Source: a virus
Length of the DNA stretch: 64,000 nt
Direction: 5' to 3' (one strand)
Virus record (IMG/VR): IMGVR_UViG_3300042482_001698
Span: 19,755-83,754 of that record
In this document: piece after piece, positions 1 through 10,369 of the stretch
Numbering within the stretch: position 1 is the stretch's first letter
Layout of the letters: every line of letters begins with the position of its first letter
Notes under the pieces: generated by a model
Told to the model about the DNA's origin: nothing
Databases searched by the model: none
The model's input: the letters and a program-made list of their open reading frames with translations, nothing else
Translations under genes and position numbers: made by a program

Positions 1-105
1 AAGTAGTGCAAACTAAAATATTTTTTTTGAATATTATGAATCAGTGAGAAAAAATAAATATTCTTGGCCATTGCTTATTAATTGTTGGATTTTCCGTTTG
101 TCCAA

Positions 106-111
106 TAAATA
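106..111 (+). promoter_or_regulatory. late-type promoter motif TAAATA, probably leaderless
   Basis: TAAATA-gtttat-ATG with no Shine-Dalgarno; same geometry recurs at several genes. Confidence 0.5.
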
Positions 112-117
112 GTTTAT

Positions 118-1644
118 ATGACAATTTACAATGATACAATGTCTGATGGCGTCTTGTTAGATGGCACTTCACTTGTTTCTAAGGAAACAAGTTTGGAAGC
201 ATCTGGAGGCGTACTTGCAAATGGAATTTTTAATTTTTATTTGATTTTTGACAAAATTTCAGAAGATGGCATTTCACTTGATGGCAGCATACTTCTTATT
301 CAAGAATTCAGCAATGATCAATTAATCACATATGCCACAGACGCACAGTTTGATTTTGATATTTCATTTGTTTGGACAACAGGTATTGTTGCTCAATATT
401 GGTATGTAGTAGAGGGTTATGTTTGGCCTCCAGATGACACTCAATGTCTTGACATAACTGTTCAGGAAAGACAAAATTTTATTCAAACAATTTTGGCAAC
501 AAATGTTTCTGATTTGTGTTCGCAATTTTCTCGTCAGGATTTGAACTGGGAAATTGTAAACATTAAGCGTTATGCTCGTCCTGCTGATTTTACTTTGCCT
601 CGTCCAGATTCATATTGTAATAATTTAACCAAATTAGTTTCAGCGACATGTCCTGAATTTTCAGTAAGTGTTAGAGCTTTGACGAAAATAGGCGCTCATT
701 CGGTAGCAATGACAGTTTTAAAATATAGTGGTTCAGGAACTGCTAAACTATCTGGCAATGCTGACACCATAATATCTAGCGGTGCTGTAACTCCAGTTGT
801 TGGAAGTTATTTATATGATCCTAGTTTTGATCCTATTTATACTGGCGGTTCTGCCGAAGTGAGTTCTTCTTGGGATGCAATTCTTTTGACATATGCTGGT
901 GTTTCTGCTACATTGTCACAAGAGCAAATTATTTTTGGTACTGGAGTATCTGTAAGTGATTTAGTGGCTCCCAAAAACACTATTGCAACTGCTTGTGGCT
1001 CATGTATAGCTTTCCCTTTGAATTTGTACATTGAACACAACATCAATAATCAAAGTGTTTTTTATAATTTTATTCAGCGAAATGGGTTGACTTTGCCTAT
1101 TTCTGTTTTAGTTTCGTATAATGCCAAACTAGGTATTTGGGTTGGTCATCAGCATTTTACTGGTTTATCTGATGATAATATAAATCAAGAAAATTGGAGA
1201 TTTACATTTGAATGGTCGTGTTTAAGTGAATATGGCGGTGAAGAAATTGGCACGCCAAATTTAAAGTTTGCTATTTCTGTCATCAAAAAGAATACTGGGA
1301 CAGCTGTTAATATTGAAAGTCGTATTGTGGTATTATTTCCTTCTGATGAAGTTTGTAATTTAGTTAGAAATTTTAAAGATAGTTTGTCTTTTAGCTTGAA
1401 CACTAAGACAAATTTTATTTATAATTCAAATGGCATTACTGCAAACAGTGTTTTTCTTAATGATAAGATTGGTTTGTTCAATTCTTTATATTGGACAAAT
1501 AATCCGGGTTTAAATATAAGAATTTCTAGCAGCGGACTCAGCACAAAGGTTGAAATGAAAGACATTAGTTCTATATTCCCAGCCCCCGATACTTTTTATC
1601 AGCAAGGTCAAGTGTTCGGCAATTCCAATACTTTGGTTAAATAG
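118..1644 (+). CDS. hypothetical protein, probably virion structural
   Basis: 508-aa S/T/G-rich ORF; TAAATA motif 6 nt before the ATG. Confidence 0.55.
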   Translation: MTIYNDTMSDGVLLDGTSLVSKETSLEASGGVLANGIFNFYLIFDKISEDGISLDGSILLIQEFSNDQLITYATDAQFDFDISFVWTTGIVAQYWYVVEGYVWPPDDTQCLDITVQERQNFIQTILATNVSDLCSQFSRQDLNWEIVNIKRYARPADFTLPRPDSYCNNLTKLVSATCPEFSVSVRALTKIGAHSVAMTVLKYSGSGTAKLSGNADTIISSGAVTPVVGSYLYDPSFDPIYTGGSAEVSSSWDAILLTYAGVSATLSQEQIIFGTGVSVSDLVAPKNTIATACGSCIAFPLNLYIEHNINNQSVFYNFIQRNGLTLPISVLVSYNAKLGIWVGHQHFTGLSDDNINQENWRFTFEWSCLSEYGGEEIGTPNLKFAISVIKKNTGTAVNIESRIVVLFPSDEVCNLVRNFKDSLSFSLNTKTNFIYNSNGITANSVFLNDKIGLFNSLYWTNNPGLNIRISSSGLSTKVEMKDISSIFPAPDTFYQQGQVFGNSNTLVK

Positions 1645-1652
1645 AGGGATTT

Positions 1653-1958
1653 ATGGAATTAATTATTTATTCGTTAGTTTTGTTGATTGTGATTGTTAAT
1701 TCAGTCTTCTTATTCTTTCTTGGTGTTTATCTTGTTAGATTGAGCGACAGAATAAATTTAATGATGTCTGATCTTATAGCAATTATTTCTCAGGAACCTT
1801 CAGTTGCGCCTCCTACTCCTTCTGTTGCAAAGAAAAAACCAACAACTTGGGATGAAAAATATGAAATGGAATTAGAATCAGTTCAAAGAAGATTGCGGAT
1901 TGATTCAGGTCTTTCTGATTTGCCAAACAGTCCGTCTTATGATTTACCGAACAAATAA
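1653..1958 (+). CDS. membrane-anchored hypothetical protein
   Basis: N-terminal hydrophobic helix; GAGGG RBS. Confidence 0.7.
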   Translation: MELIIYSLVLLIVIVNSVFLFFLGVYLVRLSDRINLMMSDLIAIISQEPSVAPPTPSVAKKKPTTWDEKYEMELESVQRRLRIDSGLSDLPNSPSYDLPNK

Positions 1959-1976
1959 TAATCTTCAAAAAATTGC

Positions 1977-2005
1977 TTGCTTGTGCCGATCAAAATGGCT
2001 ATGAT
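1977..2005 (+). promoter_or_regulatory. sigma70-type promoter
   Basis: TTGCTT-17 nt-TATGAT. Confidence 0.5.
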
Positions 2006-2027
2006 CCTGTGCATTCGGAGAAGTGAA

Positions 2028-3035
2028 GTGGATCAATTAAAATTGAAATACAAAAAATTTGATAGTCTCCGAAGATTCGGAGTCGAAATAGAGGTAGGCA
2101 GTGAAGTAAAAAAGAAAGTTGTGCAAACGGCTATTATGGCATCATCTAAATATGATGCTCATGTAAGCCGATACTCTCTTTCTACGAACAATCGTTACTG
2201 GCACATTAAAGATGATGCAACGTGTGGGATCAAGGGTCGTAAAGGTCCTAAAGGCGTAGAAATAGCTTCTTTTGTTGGCCATGGAATTAATGATATTAAT
2301 CATATATCTTTCATTGCTTCCAAGTTGTCAGAAATAGGATGTCGTGTTAATGAAAATTGCGGTCTTCATGTTCATGCGGAAGTCAGCGATCTTTCTGTTG
2401 AGCAAGTGAGTATTTTCATGGCTCATTGGATAAAATTAGAAAAAATTTTTAGTTTAATTTTACCGATGCGTAGAAATAAAAGCGAATATTGTAAGTTCAT
2501 ATTTCCAATTGATGTTGAAAAAAACGAAAATAATATTTGTCGGGACAAGTTTTACTCACCTGATAATTTATGGAGTATGCTTTCTCCGAAAAATTTGAGT
2601 TATTACGACAACGATGATCGTCGATACAATTTAAATCTTGTCAATTTAGTTCGAGCAATTAAGTATAATCACAATAATAGAAAAACAATTGAATTGAGAT
2701 GGCCAGAAGGAACTCTGGACCCTCGTGACATTCGTTGTTGGGTAAAATTGTTTTTGATTTTTATAGAAAATTGTAAAAATAAAAAAATGCCTACCAATTT
2801 AAAATCTTGCAATTTAAAAGAGGCGCTTGATTATTTCGGATTATTGAATACGAACAATAATTTTTCAATCATGAGTGCTTCAATTCAAGAAACTAAAACA
2901 TGGTTTCTTGAAAGAATTATTGATTATAACCCTGATGCAATCATTTTTCACAAAGATGAAAAATTGGTTAAAATAGCGGATGAGGCAAGATTGATCTTGA
3001 ATGAAATGTGGAGGCCAATTCGTGTTTATTCTTGA
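2028..3035 (+). CDS. putative amidoligase (COOH-NH2 ligase family)
   Basis: RFGVEIE, GVEIAS, CGLHVH and TIELR motifs; GTG start after GGAG, since the upstream TTG falls in the promoter. Confidence 0.8.
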   Translation: MDQLKLKYKKFDSLRRFGVEIEVGSEVKKKVVQTAIMASSKYDAHVSRYSLSTNNRYWHIKDDATCGIKGRKGPKGVEIASFVGHGINDINHISFIASKLSEIGCRVNENCGLHVHAEVSDLSVEQVSIFMAHWIKLEKIFSLILPMRRNKSEYCKFIFPIDVEKNENNICRDKFYSPDNLWSMLSPKNLSYYDNDDRRYNLNLVNLVRAIKYNHNNRKTIELRWPEGTLDPRDIRCWVKLFLIFIENCKNKKMPTNLKSCNLKEALDYFGLLNTNNNFSIMSASIQETKTWFLERIIDYNPDAIIFHKDEKLVKIADEARLILNEMWRPIRVYS

Positions 3036-3099
3036 TTTTTATTTAAAGCAACTATATAATCTAACTAGTTAACTACCAACCTACTTTTAAGGAACTTTC

Positions 3100-3615
3100 A
3101 TGAACACAAAAGAAATTAACAATCTTATTGTTTCAAACATTGGTTATGCTGAAAAAATTGCTAAAATAAAAAAACGTAAAATAACTCATATACCATACGA
3201 TGACCTTCGTTCTGCTGCTTTTTTTGGTTTAGTTCAAGCAGCAAACCGCTTTAATCCAAAAAAAAATGATAATTTTTTGTTGTATGCTTATGCTCGAATA
3301 GTTGGCTCGATTAGTGATTATTTGCGTGAATTGAAGTGGTGTAAAAATAATTTGGAGAAAAAAGAAGTTGATTTTGAAATGATACAATCTCGTAATGTTT
3401 TCATTTCGGATAATTTTACAGAAGATTTTGAAAAATTGATAGGCAATGTTAATATTGTTAAATATAAAGAAATTTTAAGAGAATATTATTTAATGGGCAA
3501 AAACCTTCAATCAATTGCTTCTCAATATAATGTTAAAATATCAATGGCATCTCAAATGCTTTCAAGTGCTAGGGATAAGCTAAAAACTCAATTAGAGAAA
3601 AATCAAATAAACTAG
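3100..3615 (+). CDS. small sigma-70 family sigma factor (FliA/WhiG-like)
   Basis: region 2 DDLRSAAFFGLVQAANRFNP...YAYARIVGSISDYLR; C-terminal HTH LQSIASQYNV. Confidence 0.8.
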   Translation: MNTKEINNLIVSNIGYAEKIAKIKKRKITHIPYDDLRSAAFFGLVQAANRFNPKKNDNFLLYAYARIVGSISDYLRELKWCKNNLEKKEVDFEMIQSRNVFISDNFTEDFEKLIGNVNIVKYKEILREYYLMGKNLQSIASQYNVKISMASQMLSSARDKLKTQLEKNQIN

Positions 3616-3654
3616 TGAGCAACTAAATAATTACAAATGTATTCAAGGTGAATT

Positions 3655-4527
3655 ATGAAAAAATCAATTTTTATATCATTAATTTTTATTCAATCTCTTA
3701 TTGCTCAAGATAATTTACCAGCGACAACTGCAATTGATGTTGTTGCTGATGATCCTGAAATAAAAAATTTAGAATGGAATCGGTATGTTACAAATAATTT
3801 TACAATTTTAAGCATTGATGATAAAAAAGGGAAAGAAATTAGCGAAAACATTGAATCGATAAAGGCATCAGCCTTGATTCGTTGGGGCTTCCCAGATGTG
3901 AAATTCAACAAAGAATGTCGTATTTTTTGTGTTCCCAATTATAGTCTTCTAAAGAAGTTGTTTAATATAAACACTGGAAAGGTGCAGCTTAGAAAAGAAA
4001 TCAATGTTATTTGGTGTATCGGTGATGACAATCCAAGCAGATCTCTTCTTCCTTTTGTTACTCAGGTTTGTTTGTCTGAATATGAAACATCTAAGTCAAC
4101 AGTTCTGCCATTTTGGTTTAAACGTGGATGCATCGCTATCAATAATTCTATTCCAGATGTTAAAGATTTATTGAAATCTTTCAATGATGTTGCTCGAAAA
4201 GAACAATTTACTTATTCTTCTGAGCAGATGTTTACAGTTGCCGAAGATGATTATAATAAGCAGAACACAGAAAGTAAAAAGATTTTTGATCAGCAGGCGG
4301 CTTGTTTATGTTTAATGCTCCGTAAGGAATTTGGGGAAGCTAAGCTTCAGGGCTTTATAAGGTTGCAAATAAAGAATAAACCAGAAGATGTCTTAAGACT
4401 CATTTATGGTTTCAGCAGTTTTTCAAATTTTGACAAACAATATGTTCGGTACATGAAAGATTTGTGTTCTGATATTGTTGACGAAAAAACGCCAGATTCG
4501 TATCTGGAAATAAAACCGTCCAATTAA
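3655..4527 (+). CDS. secreted hypothetical protein
   Basis: signal peptide MKKSIFISLIFIQSLIA; 290 aa. Confidence 0.65.
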   Translation: MKKSIFISLIFIQSLIAQDNLPATTAIDVVADDPEIKNLEWNRYVTNNFTILSIDDKKGKEISENIESIKASALIRWGFPDVKFNKECRIFCVPNYSLLKKLFNINTGKVQLRKEINVIWCIGDDNPSRSLLPFVTQVCLSEYETSKSTVLPFWFKRGCIAINNSIPDVKDLLKSFNDVARKEQFTYSSEQMFTVAEDDYNKQNTESKKIFDQQAACLCLMLRKEFGEAKLQGFIRLQIKNKPEDVLRLIYGFSSFSNFDKQYVRYMKDLCSDIVDEKTPDSYLEIKPSN

Positions 4528-4620
4528 ACGTCTCTGCCGACTGATTCTATGTTTGATTTAGCAAGTTTTATGGTTGATGCAAGAATTGCACAATTTTACA
4601 CTTTTTAGAAAGCAGATTTT

Positions 4621-4920
4621 ATGTTTTTTATTTTTTCGTGGCTCATTTTTGGTTTAATTGTTGGATGTCTTGCAAAATCTTTGCATCCCGGCGATGAGCC
4701 GATTGGATATGTGCCAACTTTGGCTATTGGCGTTGTTGGTTCTTTTATTGGCGGTGGAATCAATTATGTTCTTGGAATGGGCCATAATCCCTTTCAGGCA
4801 TCAGGTCTTTTGATGTCAATTATTGGCGGAATTATTTTTTGTGCAGCATGGAGATACTATAAACTTAAAAGTTCAGATGGTGGTCCTAAAAGTTTTTTGA
4901 TGGGTAAAAAGATTCGATAA
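4621..4920 (+). CDS. GlsB/YeaQ/YmgE (transglycosylase-associated) membrane protein
   Basis: WLIFGLIVGCLAK..PG..G...TLAIGVVGSFIGG pattern. Confidence 0.85.
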   Translation: MFFIFSWLIFGLIVGCLAKSLHPGDEPIGYVPTLAIGVVGSFIGGGINYVLGMGHNPFQASGLLMSIIGGIIFCAAWRYYKLKSSDGGPKSFLMGKKIR

Positions 4921-4955
4921 TTTGTTTTCTTTCTTATAGATGAGTACAATTTTAT

Positions 4956-5180
4956 ATGCTTGATCAAACAGTTGTAGCGAAATTAAAAGAAACATATTCA
5001 CAATTGCATCCGCTTTTGTTCCATCGTTCTTTAGAGAGATCTAAAACCAATGGAGATTTATTTGATATCATCGATACGGTTCCAAAGGTTTATCCCTTGC
5101 TGTGGAACGAAAAGGACAATAGGTGGTCAACTGTGAGTGACCCTTATTTAATTGAACAGTTTTTAAGCGACTTTAAATAA
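4956..5180 (+). CDS. hypothetical protein
   Basis: 74-aa ORF within a co-directional run. Confidence 0.6.
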   Translation: MLDQTVVAKLKETYSQLHPLLFHRSLERSKTNGDLFDIIDTVPKVYPLLWNEKDNRWSTVSDPYLIEQFLSDFK

Positions 5181-5188
5181 TAATCTAT

Positions 5189-5842
5189 ATGCGTTTATAT
5201 GAAGAATATTTAAGTAGACATCAAATTAATGATGTGCCAATGGTACACCATGCATTAAATTCTTGTATATTTTTTAAATTAAAAGATATAAATTTGTGGG
5301 CTGAATTAGTTAATCAATCTTCAATCCAAACATATAAGCCTTTATATGGAATTTTTCAAGTTCGATGGATTCAAAGTGATCACCATCCCGGCCATTACGA
5401 AGCCTCTATTTACAATCAAATTCACGATGGATATGCACAAGATAAAATACTAAACACTTGTCAAATAGCAAACTTGAAGTGGCATGAATATGAAAACTTC
5501 ATGCAGATTTATACAAAAAAATTCAAAAAATTTGAATTAATCAAAGGTCAAAACGAAACATTTTTGGCAGGATGGGAAATGTTCGTTGGTGCTTTTGATG
5601 GTTGGTTTGCCAAGCAAGGAGGAGATATAAAATATATGCTATTCCAATCTTTAGATGAAGATGTTCCAGTTAATTTCAGAATGGAATATGCAAGTGAAAT
5701 ATTAAGAAAAATTTCTCATTTTCACACATCAGTTATGAGAAGTTGGAAAAACGAAGTTTTTCAAAAGATACAAAATTACTCTGAATGGCTTGTTAAATTA
5801 ATTGAAAAAGATGAAAAAGAATTATTGCCCTGTAAAGATTAA
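5189..5842 (+). CDS. hypothetical protein
   Basis: 217-aa ORF. Confidence 0.7.
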   Translation: MRLYEEYLSRHQINDVPMVHHALNSCIFFKLKDINLWAELVNQSSIQTYKPLYGIFQVRWIQSDHHPGHYEASIYNQIHDGYAQDKILNTCQIANLKWHEYENFMQIYTKKFKKFELIKGQNETFLAGWEMFVGAFDGWFAKQGGDIKYMLFQSLDEDVPVNFRMEYASEILRKISHFHTSVMRSWKNEVFQKIQNYSEWLVKLIEKDEKELLPCKD

Positions 5843-6650
5843 GAACCCTAGTTCTAAAAATTCTTTGGTCCAATTGTTATCGGGCCAAAAAATGAATATA
5901 TTTTTTGATGGTAAAGACTATCAAGACTATAAAATTGATATTTTAGGTACATTTTTGAAAGTTGATGAAGTTTCTGAAACATCCAATGGTTGGATGACAT
6001 CAATATCTCAAAAAAAAGATATTATCAAATACAATGAAAGTACATTGTTCCTTGGTGGAATTAATTTTTTTGATGGTAATAATGAGAATAAGTCTTCTCT
6101 TTGTGTTGTAAGTAATCATAAAAACGATGATTATCTTAGAGTCATTAATCCTAAAAACATTAGTTGCAACTTAAGACCCAATCAGGTTTTAGATGTTGTT
6201 GTTCATAGCGACATAGCCGAAAAATGGCAATGTTTTATTTCTTGCGGTGATTTGCACCTTGAACTGATTCAAAATTCAACCAGAGTTGAACGAAACATAT
6301 GTGATGGTGAATTTGATTCACAACCTGCTTTTGAATATTTTTTTAGATTTAGATTTGATCAAAAAAGCATTGAATACTTGTCAGAATTACCTTTTTCTAA
6401 ATATGATGGCGGTCATATTATATTCATTAATTCAAATAATGAAAAAAGAATAATTAAAGTTTATTGTTCTTGGCGAGGTAAAAGTTCTATTTACAAGGCT
6501 TTACTTTTGCCTAAAATACCCACAACAAACATTAATTTTTTGGGCAAAAAACCTAAAAAATGTGTTCACTCAGTCGTTGTTGTAAGTAGAATTAAGTCAG
6601 AAGAATTAGAATTCGGATGCAATGTTTTATTTTCAAAGGTTGAAAAATGA
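5811..6650 (+). CDS. hypothetical protein
   Basis: long ORF; ATG at 5811; ATGA overlap with the next gene. Confidence 0.65.
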   Translation: MKKNYCPVKIKNPSSKNSLVQLLSGQKMNIFFDGKDYQDYKIDILGTFLKVDEVSETSNGWMTSISQKKDIIKYNESTLFLGGINFFDGNNENKSSLCVVSNHKNDDYLRVINPKNISCNLRPNQVLDVVVHSDIAEKWQCFISCGDLHLELIQNSTRVERNICDGEFDSQPAFEYFFRFRFDQKSIEYLSELPFSKYDGGHIIFINSNNEKRIIKVYCSWRGKSSIYKALLLPKIPTTNINFLGKKPKKCVHSVVVVSRIKSEELEFGCNVLFSKVEK

Positions 6651-7318
6651 AAACACAAGCCAAAGTTATAAAATTGCCAATTAGGAATATAACTTTGGCC
6701 TATTGCAATCCAGCAATAAGTAGCTTTGGTTTAGAATCAGAAAACCATAAAGTAAATCACTGGGATCATTGTAGAGAACAGTTTGCAGCTAAGTTTACTG
6801 AAAACACCAAAGGCTTTTATTTTTCTCATAAACCTGATATGGAAAAAGAAATTGTAGGACTAATCAAAAAATTTGAAAATGTTTTGCATAAAAGTAAAAA
6901 TTTCTCTAACTTCCAATACACTAAATTTGCAAAAACAAATGTTCAATCAATAATTTATATCGAGCCTTCGCCATTTTGGCTCGACTGCTACTTTAAGAGG
7001 TCAATTTACACTTTGATTGTAAGATGTGGTCATAATTATAAAATAAAAGAAGATAATTTCGATGAAGCTCTATTCGGCGTTCAATACAAAGAATCATCTT
7101 GTCTAATCGATACAAAGCCAGCCGTAATGAGATTTATGTTCGGCTTCACCAAATATACTGGAATCAGTCCTGTTGTCGGACAATCTACAGTAATAAAACA
7201 TGGATGGAAAGAAGAATTTTACAAATTAGATGAAAATGAAATTAAACAAAGATTAATTCTACCAGAAAATATAAAGAAAAAAATCAATATTGTTGGCGCA
7301 GATTCTCTGTGGGCTTAA
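6647..7318 (+). CDS. hypothetical protein
   Basis: 223-aa ORF, translationally coupled. Confidence 0.7.
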   Translation: MKTQAKVIKLPIRNITLAYCNPAISSFGLESENHKVNHWDHCREQFAAKFTENTKGFYFSHKPDMEKEIVGLIKKFENVLHKSKNFSNFQYTKFAKTNVQSIIYIEPSPFWLDCYFKRSIYTLIVRCGHNYKIKEDNFDEALFGVQYKESSCLIDTKPAVMRFMFGFTKYTGISPVVGQSTVIKHGWKEEFYKLDENEIKQRLILPENIKKKINIVGADSLWA

Positions 7319-7330
7319 CTGGAGACTTTT

Positions 7331-8104
7331 ATGTCGTGGTTTTTCACTGCTGATACTCATTTTGGACACGGAAATATAATTAAATACTGCAAAAGACCAT
7401 TTTTAAATAAAGAAGAATTAGATTTTTGCGATTTAATTAAGCGTGGCATTGTACCACATACTGAATTGAAAATTAGCAAAGAAACAATTGAATTGATGGA
7501 CGAGACAATTATTCAAAATATTAACTATTCTGTTGGCAAAGATGACAACCTAGTCATAATAGGAGATTTTTGCCATAATGGGAAAAAAGAAAAAATCAAA
7601 GAATATAGAAATCACATAAAATGTAAAAATGTATATCTGATTTTAGGAAATCATGATGATAGAAAAAATTCAATAGATGTTTTTAAATCTGTATATGAAA
7701 ATTATCTTTTTAACATTGATGGGCAAAGCATTTTCACCAGTCACTATCCAGCAAGATCTTGGGACAAAGCATCAAAAGGATCTTGGATGCTCTACGGACA
7801 CGTTCATAATGCTTACTATGAAGAAGACAATGGCAGAATTTCTTCTTATCACAGTAGGATTTTCAACGATGGATTTGCCTCTGTTCTTGAAAGACATGGA
7901 ATAAAAAATAAATTAATCATAAATGATCTGTTGGCAGTTTGTGCGTCAGTCAACGGAATTGATCTTACTCTCGATGTTGGCGTAGACAACATTCGTGAAG
8001 GTGTTGGATTTGGAACACCTTGGAGCATGAAAGACATTCGTGATTACATGGCAAATAAAATGACAATGTGGCTGGCAAGGAAAACTATGTCAAAGTTGAT
8101 TTAA
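7331..8104 (+). CDS. calcineurin-like metallophosphoesterase
   Basis: DTHFGH, GDF, GNHD, SHYP and GHVH motifs. Confidence 0.9.
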   Translation: MSWFFTADTHFGHGNIIKYCKRPFLNKEELDFCDLIKRGIVPHTELKISKETIELMDETIIQNINYSVGKDDNLVIIGDFCHNGKKEKIKEYRNHIKCKNVYLILGNHDDRKNSIDVFKSVYENYLFNIDGQSIFTSHYPARSWDKASKGSWMLYGHVHNAYYEEDNGRISSYHSRIFNDGFASVLERHGIKNKLIINDLLAVCASVNGIDLTLDVGVDNIREGVGFGTPWSMKDIRDYMANKMTMWLARKTMSKLI

Positions 8105-8123
8105 ATCTCACCTTGGTTTTTTC

Positions 8124-8152
8124 TTTACATTCATCGTCTACTGCTGTATAGT
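8124..8152 (+). promoter_or_regulatory. sigma70-type promoter
   Basis: TTTACA-17 nt-TATAGT. Confidence 0.55.
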
Positions 8153-8227
8153 GTCTTTGCGTGTTGCAGAACACGGGGTTTAGCGTGAACCTGATATTAC
8201 GCTTTTTTGGTATGGAAGTGCCACGAG

Positions 8228-8572
8228 ATGATTAAGAACTTGATCGCTTTGACTTTGACTATGGTTGTTGTCACCACTAGCATTCAAGCTAGACCATTCA
8301 ATAAGACCACTAAGACAACCAATTCTAGTCGTCCTATTGCTAATGCTGTTTCTCACAGTCTTTCTTCTGCTCAAGCCGTAGCCAACCATATGTCTAAAAT
8401 TGGAAGGATTGGACACTTTGGAGGCAACCCGTATTCCCGTGAAGGAGTTGGCATGGGCGGAACTGCACAACAAGCCATTCGCAACTGTTGCTTCTATGGG
8501 CAATATTCCATCAAAGATCAAGGTGTAGCTCAAGGAAGTAATGGCATGTGGTATGCTTGCAATCGATATTAA
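8228..8572 (+). CDS. small secreted Cys-containing protein (CAP-like; resembles planctomycete secreted proteins)
   Basis: signal peptide; GH.GG...EGVG...NCC...GVAQG.NG.WYAC.RY pattern. Confidence 0.6.
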   Translation: MIKNLIALTLTMVVVTTSIQARPFNKTTKTTNSSRPIANAVSHSLSSAQAVANHMSKIGRIGHFGGNPYSREGVGMGGTAQQAIRNCCFYGQYSIKDQGVAQGSNGMWYACNRY

Positions 8573-8730
8573 TCGTATTGGGCCAGCAATACTGCATATT
8601 GTGTGTCTTGGGCAAGATGACATAGTGTGTTGTTAAGTGTTACTGGCCCGATTTATCCTAAAGATCGGGACTTTTGTCCCGATCTTTTTCGTTTCATACT
8701 ATATTATTTTGTCAATCATCGAGGAATAAA

Positions 8731-9540
8731 ATGGAACCTAAATTTTTTATTGGTCAACGAGTTATTTTCCAAAATCAAATCTCAGTTATTCTTTCGCAAA
8801 AAGAAAATTCAGATGGCATCAATAAGTATTATTGTCAAATAGGAGAATCTGGACTCACAATGTGGGTTCTTGAAAATAATTTAGAAGATGGCAATCCTAC
8901 TGGACCACCTTTGACTCATTTTAATCGAAGAACACCTCACTTAATCATTGTTGATAGTTTTTATAAAAATCCTGATGAAATTCGTTCTTTTGCCATGGAA
9001 CAAGAATTTGAAGCTGATAATAGATTTTATAAGGGTAAGAGAACTAAAGAAAGATTCCTTTGGCCTTTCCTTAAAGAAGAATTTGAGCGTATTATCGGCA
9101 GGCCAATTATCGATTGGCTCAATCAGCCTGCTAACGGGTGCTTCCAAATTACAGGCTATAATGATCCACTTGTCTATCATAGCGATGCTCAAAGCTACGC
9201 AGCAGCAATTTATTTGACTCCATTTTCACCACCATCTGCTGGCACAAGTTTTTGGAGGGATAAAAAACATCATTCTCGTCGTCCAACAAATCATCCTTTA
9301 GAATTTGATAGATTCCAAACTGATGACCAACGCAGAGCAGCAGATGAAGAAATTTACAACGATTATAACATACTCCATCCAGATAATTGGGAATTAGTCG
9401 ATAAGGTTGGAGCCATTTATAACAGATTGGCAATTTGGGATGCGAAAATGATTCACTCAGCAAGCACCTATGAAGGACTACAAAGTGATGTCGTTGACAA
9501 GGCAAGAATGGTTCAACTTTTCTTCTTTACTGTTAGATGA
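8731..9540 (+). CDS. 2OG-Fe(II) oxygenase-like protein (DUF6445-like)
   Basis: IIVDSFYKNPDEIR, HSD, GTSFW, YNRL...H and R..QLFFF motifs. Confidence 0.75.
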   Translation: MEPKFFIGQRVIFQNQISVILSQKENSDGINKYYCQIGESGLTMWVLENNLEDGNPTGPPLTHFNRRTPHLIIVDSFYKNPDEIRSFAMEQEFEADNRFYKGKRTKERFLWPFLKEEFERIIGRPIIDWLNQPANGCFQITGYNDPLVYHSDAQSYAAAIYLTPFSPPSAGTSFWRDKKHHSRRPTNHPLEFDRFQTDDQRRAADEEIYNDYNILHPDNWELVDKVGAIYNRLAIWDAKMIHSASTYEGLQSDVVDKARMVQLFFFTVR

Positions 9541-9564
9541 CGCTTTTGGTAATATTTTAATGTT

Positions 9565-9599
9565 AAAATATCTCTCTTTATGGAGAGATATTTTTTTTT
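9565..9599 (+). terminator. intrinsic terminator
   Basis: AAAATATCTCTC/GAGAGATATTTT stem followed by a T run. Confidence 0.6.
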
Positions 9600-9642
9600 A
9601 ACATATATAATATAAGATAAAATTTTCCGTAGAGGAGTTTTC

Positions 9643-10350
9643 GTGGAAAATAATGAAGTACAAGCACAAGTTGAATTAATTCGTTCTGATGCATTGGCAG
9701 ATCAGAACATTGGCGATACACCAATTAAATGGGATAGCTGTATGGGTGACCCCGAAGCAGTCGCAAACGCTGAATTTGATGGCAATAATTTTACTGCATA
9801 TTATGATAATATAAATCAGGGCGTTTACCTAACAGAAGCCACAGCTGATACAAAAGGTTCTTTATATTGGGATAAAGATTTTGATTATACTAAAAACATT
9901 TATATTTCTGGTACATTTCTTGCTGGAGGAGAAGGAGCAGTAGATGATGGAGACGGAATAACTGTTTTTTTTGGTGTAGATGATAGTCTAACAGTTTCAA
10001 GTGACGCAACAAATGGAATAGCTGTATTTTTTGATGAATATAATGATGATGTTGTTAAAGTATACAAAAACGGAGTCTTGATTGACACAACATTTAACAC
10101 AAATTTGACGTTAGATGATCTTCAGTGGAGAAAATTTGAAATTATCTATGAATACATAGACAGTTCAAGCGCCTTTGTTCAAGTCCAAATAGATAATGTA
10201 TATGTTTGCCGTGTTGATGTTGGGTCTTGGGTAGGTGACGCAGGAACATATATCGGCGCAAGCGGTTGGTGCGGTGCAGCAGATAACAATCACCAATGTA
10301 AATCATTTGATGTCAAAAACGCAAATCCTTGGCTGGCACTAAACAGATAA
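9643..10350 (+). CDS. L-type lectin/ConA-like domain protein, paralog 1
   Basis: LT...G.LYW, GDGITVF, W..FEI.Y, H.CKSF, NPWL motifs shared with the next two genes. Confidence 0.65.
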   Translation: MENNEVQAQVELIRSDALADQNIGDTPIKWDSCMGDPEAVANAEFDGNNFTAYYDNINQGVYLTEATADTKGSLYWDKDFDYTKNIYISGTFLAGGEGAVDDGDGITVFFGVDDSLTVSSDATNGIAVFFDEYNDDVVKVYKNGVLIDTTFNTNLTLDDLQWRKFEIIYEYIDSSSAFVQVQIDNVYVCRVDVGSWVGDAGTYIGASGWCGAADNNHQCKSFDVKNANPWLALNR

Positions 10351-10369
10351 TTTGATAAAGGAATAAATT

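Noticed and set aside
1977-2027. ORF-track TTG starts here and at 16572, 23778 and 31019
   Set aside because: They overlap promoter or repeat elements. Downstream starts with an RBS were used instead.
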